Assembly (NCBI GenBank): GCA_963725785.1
Contig: CAVRZV010000009.1
Location: 1,667 to 65,666 of the forward strand
Reading direction: 5' to 3'
DNA: 64,000 nt
Source of the DNA: an uncultured Bacteroidales bacterium
GTDB taxonomy: Bacteria; Bacteroidota; Bacteroidia; Bacteroidales; VadinHA17
Numbering within the stretch: position 1 is the stretch's first letter; every line of letters begins with the position of its first letter. This document shows, piece after piece, positions 29,349-39,000 of the stretch. The position numbers were made by a program, and so were the translations under genes. The notes beneath the pieces were generated by a model. The model made no database searches. It saw only the letters and a list, made by a program, of their open reading frames with translations, and had not been told where the DNA came from.

Positions 29349-30581
29349 TTATTTCTTAGTTATTTGTTTGTAACAAGTTAGATCATGTCCCATTTTATTT
29401 GCTTTGGTTTCGAGGTAAAATTTATTATGTGGATTTGATTCGATAACCAGAGGTATTGTCTCAACAATTTTTATCCCATAACCTTCTAATCCTGCACGTT
29501 TTACGGGGTTATTTGAAATCAAACGGACTTTTCCCAGTCCCAGTTCACGCATAATACTTGCGCCAACACCGTAATCTCTCTCATCTTCAGCGAATCCAAG
29601 CTCAAGATTTGCCTCCACAGTGTCCATACCTTCATCCTGAAGTCTGTAAGCTTTAATTTTATTCAGTAGTCCGATTCCTCTACCTTCCTGACTAAGGTAA
29701 ATTACTACGCCTTTTCCTTCAGCTTCGACCATTGACATGGCTTTCTGTAGCTGAGGTCCGCAATCACATCGCATTGAACCAAAAATATCACCTGTAAAAC
29801 ATGATGAATGAAGTCTGACGAGAACAGGTTCATCCTTCGTCCAATTGCCTTTTACAAGAGCAGCATGTTCAATTCCGTTACTGGTCTGCCGGAAGGGGAT
29901 AAACTCAAAATTCCCCCTTTCTGTTGGAAGTTTAACCCTGTCACCTTTCTCAATAATTGAATCCCGTTCAAGTGTGTACTTGATAAGATCCTTTATAGCA
30001 ATTATCTTGATATCAAATTTTTCTCTGATTTTTACAAGGTCGTTTAACCTGGCCATAGAACCATCATCATTCATTATCTCCACAAGTGCTCCTCCGGGAA
30101 GCAGATTAGCATAACGTGTAAGATCAACAACAGCCTCAGTATGACCTGCTCTTCGCAAAACACCTTTTGATTTTGCTTTTAACGGAAAGATATGTCCGGG
30201 TCGTCCAAGATCACTAGATTTTGTAGCCGGATCAACAAGCGCTTTAATTGTCAGTGCACGGTCAAAAGCTGACACCCCTGTTGATGTATTTTTATTGATC
30301 AAATCTACTGACACAGTGAACTGTGTCTCATGAATTGAGGTATTGTTACCTACCATAAGATTCAGATCGAGCTCTTCACATCTCTCTTCAGGTAATGCTG
30401 CACAGATTAGTCCCCGGCCATGTTTGGCCATGAAATTGACTATTTCAGGAGTTATTAATTCTGCGGAACATATGAAATCACCTTCATTTTCGCGATCTTC
30501 GTCATCAACAACAATAAGTAATTTTCCAAGTTTAATATCCTCAATTGCCTCTTCAATAGTATTTAGAATAATATCATTCAT
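29349..30581 (-). CDS. ribBA: Bifunctional 3,4-dihydroxy-2-butanone-4-phosphate synthase / GTP cyclohydrolase II
   Basis: [10 protein letters not shown] and GHTEA (DHBP synthase half); [17 protein letters not shown] (GCH II half). Confidence 0.92.
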   Translation of the reverse strand: MNDIILNTIEEAIEDIKLGKLLIVVDDEDRENEGDFICSAELITPEIVNFMAKHGRGLICAALPEERCEELDLNLMVGNNTSIHETQFTVSVDLINKNTSTGVSAFDRALTIKALVDPATKSSDLGRPGHIFPLKAKSKGVLRRAGHTEAVVDLTRYANLLPGGALVEIMNDDGSMARLNDLVKIREKFDIKIIAIKDLIKYTLERDSIIEKGDRVKLPTERGNFEFIPFRQTSNGIEHAALVKGNWTKDEPVLVRLHSSCFTGDIFGSMRCDCGPQLQKAMSMVEAEGKGVVIYLSQEGRGIGLLNKIKAYRLQDEGMDTVEANLELGFAEDERDYGVGASIMRELGLGKVRLISNNPVKRAGLEGYGIKIVETIPLVIESNPHNKFYLETKANKMGHDLTCYKQITKK

Positions 30582-30593
30582 CTTAATATTTAT

Positions 30594-32090
30594 TTAGTCC
30601 GAAGCAGTATTTCTGCCCGATTTATTTATATAATGCCTGTACAAGAAATCCTTAACCTTTTTGAAAAACATCAGATAGGTATCAATGTTCAAAATAACAG
30701 AATCGGTAGTAGCTTTATATGTAAGGAAAATGCCAACCGGCAATAAAATATATGAAGCTGCCCACATCCCTGCAAATATCCCTATGACATCTTCTTCAGC
30801 AAGTTTTTGTCCTGAAATTGATATAACATAATATACCACAAAGAAAAAGATTGAAATAACTGCCGGAGTACCTAATCCTCCTTTCCTGATGATGGCGCCC
30901 AATGGAGCTCCTATAAAGAAAAAAACAAGGCAGGCAAAGGACATTGTTAGTTTCTTATTCCATTCCACCTCGTACTTTTTGATGGTCCTGATTTCATAAC
31001 GTTGTGTTTCATTTTTCTCAAGCAGCACATTGGTGGCTTCTTTGAGTTTTTCGATTGCTTTAAAAAGCACCATCCTCTTTTCGCTAACGGTAAGAGAATC
31101 GTAAAGAGCTTTTATGTCAAATTCTCCGGGTTTTTCTGAATTTTCAGTTTTTCCTGATGGACTGGGTGAACTGTTATACATGCTGCTTGCAATGTCGAGT
31201 TTAGTCTTTTGGAAGACCCTGAATTGAGCATTGACCTTTTCATTATGTATTTTGTTCAGAGAGTCTATTGCAAAGTTTAATTGCGAAATATTTAACATTG
31301 CTGGTCCTGATTTTATAAGTCCTTCGGTAGTTCGTTGCAGATCGAATCCTGACAGAGATATAACTATTGACTGTTCTTTGAATTTGTCTACTCTCGATGG
31401 ATATTTTCTTGCTGTAGCATTTACATATTTTTCTTCACCTTCAGTAAAGCTCCAACCATTATACAGGGTCATTATCAGACCTGTTTCATCGCGTGTTGGT
31501 CTCATGTAACCTGAATCTGCCAAAATCACTGAATAATTGCCTCTTTTTTCACGATGATCGTATATTAACAAATTGTCGAGTCGGTTGGTTGCCGGATCTT
31601 TTGTAGTTATTTTTATGCTGAAATCAGGTACTCCGTTATAAAATGTTCCAGCTTGTATATTAATATCAGGTTTTTTTCGTCGGATATCCCAAAGTAGTGT
31701 CCTGGCCTTATTTGTTGAATATGGCAGTACATTATTTGAAAAGAAAAAAGAGATAATTGCTATGAATCCGATAAGGACGATCAATGGACGCATAATCCTC
31801 TGTAAAGGTATTCCAGAAGATTTTAGTGCCGAAAGTTCATTGAATTCTCCCATGTTTCCAAAGGTCATAAGAGATGCAAGCAGAATTCCGAGTGGGAGAG
31901 CAGTTGGTACAAAGGTTAGTGCAAAATGATAAAGAAGCTCGCTAAGAATTTTAAAATCAAGCCCTTTTCCGGCAAGTTCATCAACATACATCCACAGGAA
32001 CTGTAAAATGAGAATGATAAGCACAATAAAAAATGTGAATATCAGCGGGCCTATGAACGATTTTAATAAGAAATTGTCAACTCTTTTCAC
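30594..32090 (-). CDS. LptF/LptG-family (YjgP/YjgQ) permease
   Basis: The N-terminus VKRVDNFLLKSFIGPLIFTF is typical of the family, with multiple TM segments and a large periplasmic loop. The start is placed at GTG 32090 and is uncertain. The upstream 40 codons of the track ORF overlap a GC-rich repeat. Confidence 0.7.
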   Translation of the reverse strand: MKRVDNFLLKSFIGPLIFTFFIVLIILILQFLWMYVDELAGKGLDFKILSELLYHFALTFVPTALPLGILLASLMTFGNMGEFNELSALKSSGIPLQRIMRPLIVLIGFIAIISFFFSNNVLPYSTNKARTLLWDIRRKKPDINIQAGTFYNGVPDFSIKITTKDPATNRLDNLLIYDHREKRGNYSVILADSGYMRPTRDETGLIMTLYNGWSFTEGEEKYVNATARKYPSRVDKFKEQSIVISLSGFDLQRTTEGLIKSGPAMLNISQLNFAIDSLNKIHNEKVNAQFRVFQKTKLDIASSMYNSSPSPSGKTENSEKPGEFDIKALYDSLTVSEKRMVLFKAIEKLKEATNVLLEKNETQRYEIRTIKKYEVEWNKKLTMSFACLVFFFIGAPLGAIIRKGGLGTPAVISIFFFVVYYVISISGQKLAEEDVIGIFAGMWAASYILLPVGIFLTYKATTDSVILNIDTYLMFFKKVKDFLYRHYINKSGRNTASD

Positions 32091-32179
32091 TTGCTGATTG
32101 CATTTGAAGTGCAAAACTAGTTGATTTTTATCAATTATTACTTTTAGTGATTGTTCATTTTTGTTCAAAAAGGAGAATT

Positions 32180-32352
32180 GGCTCAATGGCGCAATGGCAC
32201 AACGTCTCAATCGATAGCGTGTACTCGTAACAAGATCGGATTAGAAATTGTATTTATATATCAGGAAGTGCTGATCCCAGGTTTTTTACCCCTGCGCCCT
32301 TGCGCCCTTTGAACACCGAAGCCCTGGCGGAGGTGGTTTGCGCCTTTGAGCC
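32180..32352. repeat. GC-rich intergenic element bounded by inverted 15-mers
   Basis: GGCTCAATGGCGCAA (32180-32194) matches the reverse complement of TTGCGCCTTTGAGCC (32338-32352) at 14/15 positions. Related direct copies CTGCGCCC / TTGCGCCCTTTGAAC lie at 32292-32314. Confidence 0.6.
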
Positions 32353-32353
32353 G

Positions 32354-32734
32354 CTATATCCCTAATGCTCTTTTCAGATCATTGATCTGTGAATCCCACA
32401 AATAGATAGCATCTTCTTTTTCCTCTGCCTGTGCAAAATCAATAATAATAAGAGCAAGCTCGTTTGTAAGTTCTTCCAGATTAATTCGGAACTCAAAAAA
32501 ATTTGACTCTTCATCTTCCATTCCCAGCCATTCAAATCTGACCATTTTATTCTCTTTAAGGGCAGAAAGCCGGGCTTTTGATTCAGAACTACTCCAGAAA
32601 AATGTGAAGAGGTCACCGTCAACATTCACCTGGTCAGCAAACCATTCAGCTAATCCTTCCGGAGTGCTGAGTCGTGAGAAGAGCACTTTCGGTGAACAGT
32701 TAAGATTATATTCCAATTCGTACTTTGATCTCAT
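32354..32734 (-). CDS. START-like / SRPBCC-fold small protein
   Basis: 126 aa. The pattern ...LF..LSTPEGLAEWFAD.V...GD.F.F.W... is recalled from START-like domain proteins of Bacteroidota; assignment by recollection only. Confidence 0.5.
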   Translation of the reverse strand: MRSKYELEYNLNCSPKVLFSRLSTPEGLAEWFADQVNVDGDLFTFFWSSSESKARLSALKENKMVRFEWLGMEDEESNFFEFRINLEELTNELALIIIDFAQAEEKEDAIYLWDSQINDLKRALGI

Positions 32735-32804
32735 GATAAGAATTTATTCTGACCTCTCTACTATTTCTGCAATATAGAAAAAAAAATGAAACTAAAAAAC
32801 CTTA

Positions 32805-32835
32805 TTGGTAATTTGTGACAAACTGATTATATTTG
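32805..32835 (+). promoter_or_regulatory. Candidate Bacteroidota sigma-A promoter for the tRNA
   Basis: TTG (32805-32807), 20 nt spacer, TATATTTG (32828-32835, fits TAnnTTTG), 36 nt upstream of the tRNA 5' end. Confidence 0.4.
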
Positions 32836-32870
32836 CACCCGCAAAAAGGATAGTTGGAAAATCTTATATT

Positions 32871-32944
32871 GGCGAGATAGCTCAGTTGGTTAGAGCGCAT
32901 GATTCATAATCATGAGGTCCGGGGATCATTCCCCCGTCTCGCTA
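32871..32944 (+). tRNA. tRNA with CAU anticodon (elongator Met, or Ile2 if lysidinylated); CCA not encoded
   Basis: Manual cloverleaf: acceptor GGCGAGA/TCTCGCT (G1-U72), D arm GCTC/GAGC, anticodon stem CATGA/TCATG with loop TTCATAA, T stem CGGGG/CCCCG. It lacks initiator features (no 3 G-C pairs at the base of the anticodon stem). Confidence 0.85.
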
Positions 32945-32945
32945 C

Positions 32946-33074
32946 AAATGAAAGCCGGGCACAATGTGTCTGGCTTCTTTATTCTACTTCTTATGGACGA
33001 TTTGCCTGATTTGGTCAAAAAAAAAATCAATTACTTCTTATTATTTATATCTTAGCTTTCAAAGACAGTTTTTT
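32946..33074 (+). repeat. Copy A of a duplicated intergenic segment (terminator hairpin plus ~95 nt)
   Basis: Alignable by eye with 35545-35745. Shared blocks: GAAAGCCGGG, TCTTTATT, ATGGACGATTT, TTGGTCAAA, AAAAATC, ATCTTAGC, TTTTTT. Confidence 0.6.
32952..32976 (+). terminator. Intrinsic terminator downstream of the tRNA
   Basis: AAGCCGGGCAC-aat-GTGTCTGGCTT (11-bp stem including 2 G-U pairs) followed by CTTTATT. Confidence 0.65.
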
Positions 33075-33164
33075 GAATTATGCTTTATTTCAGATCGCAG
33101 AAGATTTTCGAAATGGCTAACCTTTTTTATCTTATATGCCTGATATTAATTTTAATTAATTGTA

Positions 33165-34653
33165 ATGTTATTTAATTCAATCGAATTTGCGATTTTTTTA
33201 CCAATAGTGTTTTTACTCTATTGGTTTGTGACAAATAGAAAATCTTAAATCTCAGAATATATTACTATTAATTGCAAGTTATTTTTTTTATAGCTGGTGG
33301 GATTGGCGTTTCCTGATATTATTGGTGTCACTGTCTTTAGCAAATTTTTTTATCGGGATTCAGATAGAAAAAAGCGAAACAGCCAGGAAAGGGAAAATTT
33401 TGTTGATTTTGGGCTTGGTTGCCAATATTGGTGCTCTTGTGGTTTTTAAATATTTTAACTTTTTTATTGACGGTTTTATTAATCTGATATCGCTTTTCGG
33501 ATATGAGTTACCGCGATCGACCACTAAGATCATTCTTCCTCTGGGGATAAGTTTTTATGTGTTTTTATCATTGAGTTATATCATTGACATACATAAGAAG
33601 AATCTTAGTGCAAACCGTAATATTATTGAAGTATTGTTGGCGCTGAGTTTTTTTCCAATAATACTTGCAGGCCCAATTCAGAGGGCAGTATCATTGCTTC
33701 CTCAGATCAGCAAAAGACGTGAATTTAGTTATAGCCAGGCCGTTGACGGATTGAAACAGATCCTGTGGGGACTGTTTGTAAAGGTTGTTATTGCCGACAA
33801 TTTAGCAGTCTTTGCAGATGATATCTTCCTTAATCATTCCAATTATTCGGGTAGCACACTACTGCTTGGAGCTCTATTTTATTCAGTTCAAATCTATGCT
33901 GATTTTTCTGGTTATTCTGAAATAGCAATTGGTACCGCAAAACTATTTGGTTTTAGCTTAATGAGAAATTTTGCCTATCCCTATTTTTCACGCGATATTA
34001 CCGAATTCTGGCAACGGTGGCATAAATCACTGACAACCTGGTTTAGGGATTATGTATTTTTACCTATTTCCTTTAATGTTTCGTGGAGGTTAAAGGGTGA
34101 AAGAACTCTATTTATCAAGTCGGATCTTTATATTTATATAATAGCCAGCACAATAACCTGGCTCCTGACTGGTCTCTGGCACGGAGCCAACTATACATTT
34201 ATAATCTGGGGATTGATGCATGGGGTTTTTTTAATAGTTTACCGTATACAGAAAAATCCAAGAAAGAAGTTGTTTAAAAGAATAGGAATTACCAATAATC
34301 ATATGCTTATTGTCTTTTCTGAAACAATAATTACTCTTTTCCTGGTTATGATCACATGGATATTTTTCAGAGCAGAGAATATCGGACAAGCGATCAATTA
34401 TATTTCTGGAATTTTTTCTCAGTCTCTCTTTTCCTTGCCTGATTTTCCAGACAGGAAGCATGGCTTTATTGTAATCATTCTGGTAATTATATTCTTTTTT
34501 ATCGAATGGCTTGGAAGAGAACAACAATACGCTATCTCAAATTTGGGGATTAAGTGGAAAAAGCCATTACGGTATGCAATATATTATGCAATTATCATAG
34601 CAATAATCTGGTTTGGTGGTAAACAGCATCAATTCATATATTTCCAGTTTTAA
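33165..34653 (+). pseudogene. MBOAT-family (AlgI/DltB-like) membrane-bound O-acyltransferase with a 1-nt insertion in an A-run near 33240
   Basis: ATG 33165 gives MLFNSIEFAIFLPIVFLLYWFVTNRKS, then a stop at 33246. The next frame continues NLKSQNILLLIASYFFYSWWDWRFL... into the track ORF 33322..34653. Family motifs FWQRWHKSL and GLWHGANY are present. Confidence 0.85.
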
Positions 34654-34654
34654 T

Positions 34655-35494
34655 ATGAAAAAGTTCATTCTTAATATCATTATATTCATTCTGCCAATTT
34701 TGATTTTTGCCTATTCAAAATCTCTGTATCTGCTTTATTCAGAAAAATACAAAAGCACTGTTGCAGGGTCTGAAGTATATCACTCAATTATTAAAAGTAA
34801 ACAAAGAGGAAAAGCAAAAAAAGTACTTATCGGTGACAGTTTTGGCTTTTCATTATTTAGTAATACTACAAATAATGATACTATCAACTCGTTGGCATGT
34901 AACAGGGCAATCAGTATGGCAGGTCATTTTATTTTACTTAATAATTATCTTAAAGCAGGAAATAAGATCGACACTGCCTATTTGATTTTCACCCCATTTT
35001 CTTTTTTGAATAATTTAGATGAGGTATATACGTTTCATTATTTTTTAAAACCATTTTATATAAAAGAGTATTATCCATTGTTTACGCCAACAGTAAAAAA
35101 CCAGGTACATAAAATACCATATTATTTTATTTGCAGGGAGCCTAATATTCTTACTTCAAACTGGGCTCCAAATTTCAGATCAAAAGATGTAGAGGATTAT
35201 ACTTTTTTGTCACCCGTCTCAGTTGAATATCTGGCAAAAATAAAAGAACTAAGTATTATAAATAAATTCAAATTAGTTGTACTGCCAACTCCGACCAGAT
35301 TAAGTAATAAGATATTTATTGAAAAAATTAACAGAAATGAAATTGCCAAAACTGGTTTAGAAAATGAATTTAACAATTACTTTGAAAAATTGATTTACAT
35401 AAATGATACAAACTTTAGTGATAATGTACATTTAAAAAATCAAAGTATGTATACTGAATATGCTGATTATTATTTGAACAAACTAATGAAATAG
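34655..35494 (+). CDS. Partner of the MBOAT: membrane-anchored SGNH/GDSL-like (AlgJ/DltD-type) protein
   Basis: ATG lies 1 nt after the MBOAT stop. It has an N-terminal TM helix and a VLIGDSFG block resembling the SGNH block-I GDS motif. No other recognisable motif. Confidence 0.5.
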   Translation: MKKFILNIIIFILPILIFAYSKSLYLLYSEKYKSTVAGSEVYHSIIKSKQRGKAKKVLIGDSFGFSLFSNTTNNDTINSLACNRAISMAGHFILLNNYLKAGNKIDTAYLIFTPFSFLNNLDEVYTFHYFLKPFYIKEYYPLFTPTVKNQVHKIPYYFICREPNILTSNWAPNFRSKDVEDYTFLSPVSVEYLAKIKELSIINKFKLVVLPTPTRLSNKIFIEKINRNEIAKTGLENEFNNYFEKLIYINDTNFSDNVHLKNQSMYTEYADYYLNKLMK

Positions 35495-35544
35495 TGAAGT
35501 ATATATGGAATGAAGTTTTTTAATCGTTTACAAATCTGATATAT

Positions 35545-35745
35545 GGAAAGCCGGGTACTTTGTGCACGGCTTTTACTTTTCTTTATTGAAATGGAAATCA
35601 AATTTACTCCGGGAAAATATTTCGAATTTTCAAAATTTGTTAATTTAATAAATACTTCCTCTGATGGACGATTTAGCGGGGTTGGTCAAATAAAAATCTG
35701 ATTTCTTTTTATTTAATTTATCTTAGCCGTTGCAGACTCTTTTTT
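35545..35745 (+). repeat. Copy B of the duplicated intergenic segment, carrying a ~65-nt internal insertion
   Basis: See copy A. The hairpin is retained with partly compensatory changes. Confidence 0.6.
35548..35572 (+). terminator. Intrinsic terminator after the MBOAT/SGNH pair (paralog of the tRNA terminator)
   Basis: AAGCCGGGTAC-ttt-GTGCACGGCTT followed by TTACTTTTCTTTATT. Confidence 0.6.
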
Positions 35746-36013
35746 AAAGAAGTCTTAAGAATTAATTTATAGTTCATTGTCTTCATCCGATACAGAATTA
35801 GCAAATCTGCAGGAAGGTTTTTTGCTAATTACAGGAAGAAGAATGTCAGAATTTGTCAGTTCATACTTAATATGTGACTGACGGAGCGAAAGCTTGCAGG
35901 ATGGTGAGATTTTTAAAATTATATTTTTTCAATGATTTGAATTCTCGTACCTTTATTATGTACATTGTATTTACTTTTAAGAAGTAACCCTGAAATATAA
36001 GATAGCTATTGAA

Positions 36014-39000
36014 ATGAGATGTTTCTCTCTTGCTAAAATCAACATAATTAAAGAATTAAGACTACCTAAGGTATTTCTTTTGGTTTGTCTTTTTTTGTTG
36101 ATTTCGGCGAAGGGGTGGGGGCAGACGCCAAATTTCAGTGCTAATATATTAACGGTATGCAGTGGATCCACTATCACCTTCACTAATCTATCTTCCGGAT
36201 TCTCAGGCTCTGAGACATATAGCTGGGATTTTGGTTCAGGATCAGCACCTAGTTCATCATCAGTGATAAATCCACCTGCAATAACTTATACAGGATCAGG
36301 AACTGTTACTGTTAGTCTTACTGTTACTGATGGGACAGTTTATACCGAAACGAAGACTGATTATATTACTATTACTGCGTTACCAATAGCAGCAGGCACC
36401 ATCACAGGTACCTCGGCGGTATGTGAGGGCCAGACAGGCGTATCATACAATGTACCAGCAATAACCAATGCAACGAGTTATGTCTGGAGCTACTCAGGAA
36501 CAGGAGCTACCATCACAGGGACTACAGATGCTGTCACAATAGATTTTGCTTCGAATGCTACCTCAGGAAATTTAACAGTGCATGGTACTAATGCCTGTGG
36601 TAGCGGAGCGGTATCAGCAAATTTTGCAGTTACCGTCAGCCCGTTACCAATAGCAGCAGGCACCATCACAGGTACCTCGGCGGTATGTGAGGGCCAGACA
36701 GGCGTATCATACAATGTACCAGCAATAACCAATGCAACGAGTTATGTCTGGAGCTACTCAGGAACAGGAGCTACCATCACAGGGACTACAGATGCTGTCA
36801 CAATAGATTTTGCTTCGAATGCTACCTCAGGAAATTTAACAGTGCATGGTACTAATGCCTGTGGTAGCGGAGCGGTATCAGCAAATTTTGCAGTTACCGT
36901 CAGCCCGTTACCAATAGCAGCAGGCACCATCACAGGTACCTCGGCGGTATGTGAGGGCCAGACAGGCGTATCATACAATGTACCAGCAATAACCAATGCA
37001 ACGAGTTATGTCTGGAGCTACTCAGGAACAGGAGCTACCATCACAGGGACTACAGATGCTGTCACAATAGATTTTGCTTCGAATGCTACCTCAGGAAATT
37101 TAACAGTGCATGGTACTAATGCCTGTGGTAGCGGAGCGGTATCAGCAAATTTTGCAGTTACCGTCAGCCCGTTACCAATAGCAGCAGGCACCATCACAGG
37201 TACCTCGGCGGTATGTGAGGGCCAGACAGGCGTATCATACAATGTACCAGCAATAACCAATGCAACGAGTTATGTCTGGAGCTACTCAGGAACAGGAGCT
37301 ACCATCACAGGGACTACAGATGCTGTCACAATAGATTTTGCTTCGAATGCTACCTCAGGAAATTTAACAGTGCATGGTACTAATGCCTGTGGTAGCGGAG
37401 CGGTATCAGCAAATTTTGCAGTTACCGTCAGCCCGTTACCAATAGCAGCAGGCACCATCACAGGTACCTCGGCGGTATGTGAGGGCCAGACAGGCGTATC
37501 ATACAATGTACCAGCAATAACCAATGCAACGAGTTATGTCTGGAGCTACTCAGGAACAGGAGCTACCATCACAGGGACTACAGATGCTGTCACAATAGAT
37601 TTTGCTTCGAATGCTACCTCAGGAAATTTAACAGTGCATGGTACTAATGCCTGTGGTAGCGGAGCGGTATCAGCAAATTTTGCAGTTACCGTCAGCCCGT
37701 TACCAATAGCAGCAGGCACCATCACAGGTACCTCGGCGGTATGTGAGGGCCAGACAGGCGTATCATACAATGTACCAGCAATAACCAATGCAACGAGTTA
37801 TGTCTGGAGCTACTCAGGAACAGGAGCTACCATCACAGGGACTACAGATGCTGTCACAATAGATTTTGCTTCGAATGCTACCTCAGGAAATTTAACAGTG
37901 CATGGTACTAATGCCTGTGGTAGCGGAGCGGTATCAGCAAATTTTGCAGTTACCGTCAGCCCGTTACCAATAGCAGCAGGCACCATCACAGGTACCTCGG
38001 CGGTATGTGAGGGCCAGACAGGCGTATCATACAATGTACCAGCAATAACCAATGCAACGAGTTATGTCTGGAGCTACTCAGGAACAGGAGCTACCATCAC
38101 AGGGACTACAGATGCTGTCACAATAGATTTTGCTTCGAATGCTACCTCAGGAAATTTAACAGTGCATGGTACTAATGCCTGTGGTAGCGGAGCGGTATCA
38201 GCAAATTTTGCAGTTACCGTCAGCCCGTTACCAATAGCAGCAGGCACCATCACAGGTACCTCGGCGGTATGTGAGGGCCAGACAGGCGTATCATACAATG
38301 TACCAGCAATAACCAATGCAACGAGTTATGTCTGGAGCTACTCAGGAACAGGAGCTACCATCACAGGGACTACAGATGCTGTCACAATAGATTTTGCTTC
38401 GAATGCTACCTCAGGAAATTTAACAGTGCATGGTACTAATGCCTGTGGTAGCGGAGCGGTATCAGCAAATTTTGCAGTTACCGTCAGCCCGTTACCAATA
38501 GCAGCAGGCACCATCACAGGTACCTCGGCGGTATGTGAGGGCCAGACAGGCGTATCATACAATGTACCAGCAATAACCAATGCAACGAGTTATGTCTGGA
38601 GCTACTCAGGAACAGGAGCTACCATCACAGGGACTACAGATGCTGTCACAATAGATTTTGCTTCGAATGCTACCTCAGGAAATTTAACAGTGCATGGTAC
38701 TAATGCCTGTGGTAGCGGAGCGGTATCAGCAAATTTTGCAGTTACCGTCAGCCCGTTACCAATAGCAGCAGGCACCATCACAGGTACCTCGGCGGTATGT
38801 GAGGGCCAGACAGGCGTATCATACAATGTACCAGCAATAACCAATGCAACGAGTTATGTCTGGAGCTACTCAGGAACAGGAGCTACCATCACAGGGACTA
38901 CAGATGCTGTCACAATAGATTTTGCTTCGAATGCTACCTCAGGAAATTTAACAGTGCATGGTACTAATGCCTGTGGTAGCGGAGCGGTATCAGCAAATTT

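Noticed and set aside
32091-32210. 40-codon N-terminal extension of the LptF/G ORF (MRRCAIAPLSQFSF...)
   Set aside because: The family-typical N-terminus (VKRVDNFLLKSFIGP) begins at GTG 32090. The extension is read through the GC-rich inverted-repeat element and has no membrane-protein character.
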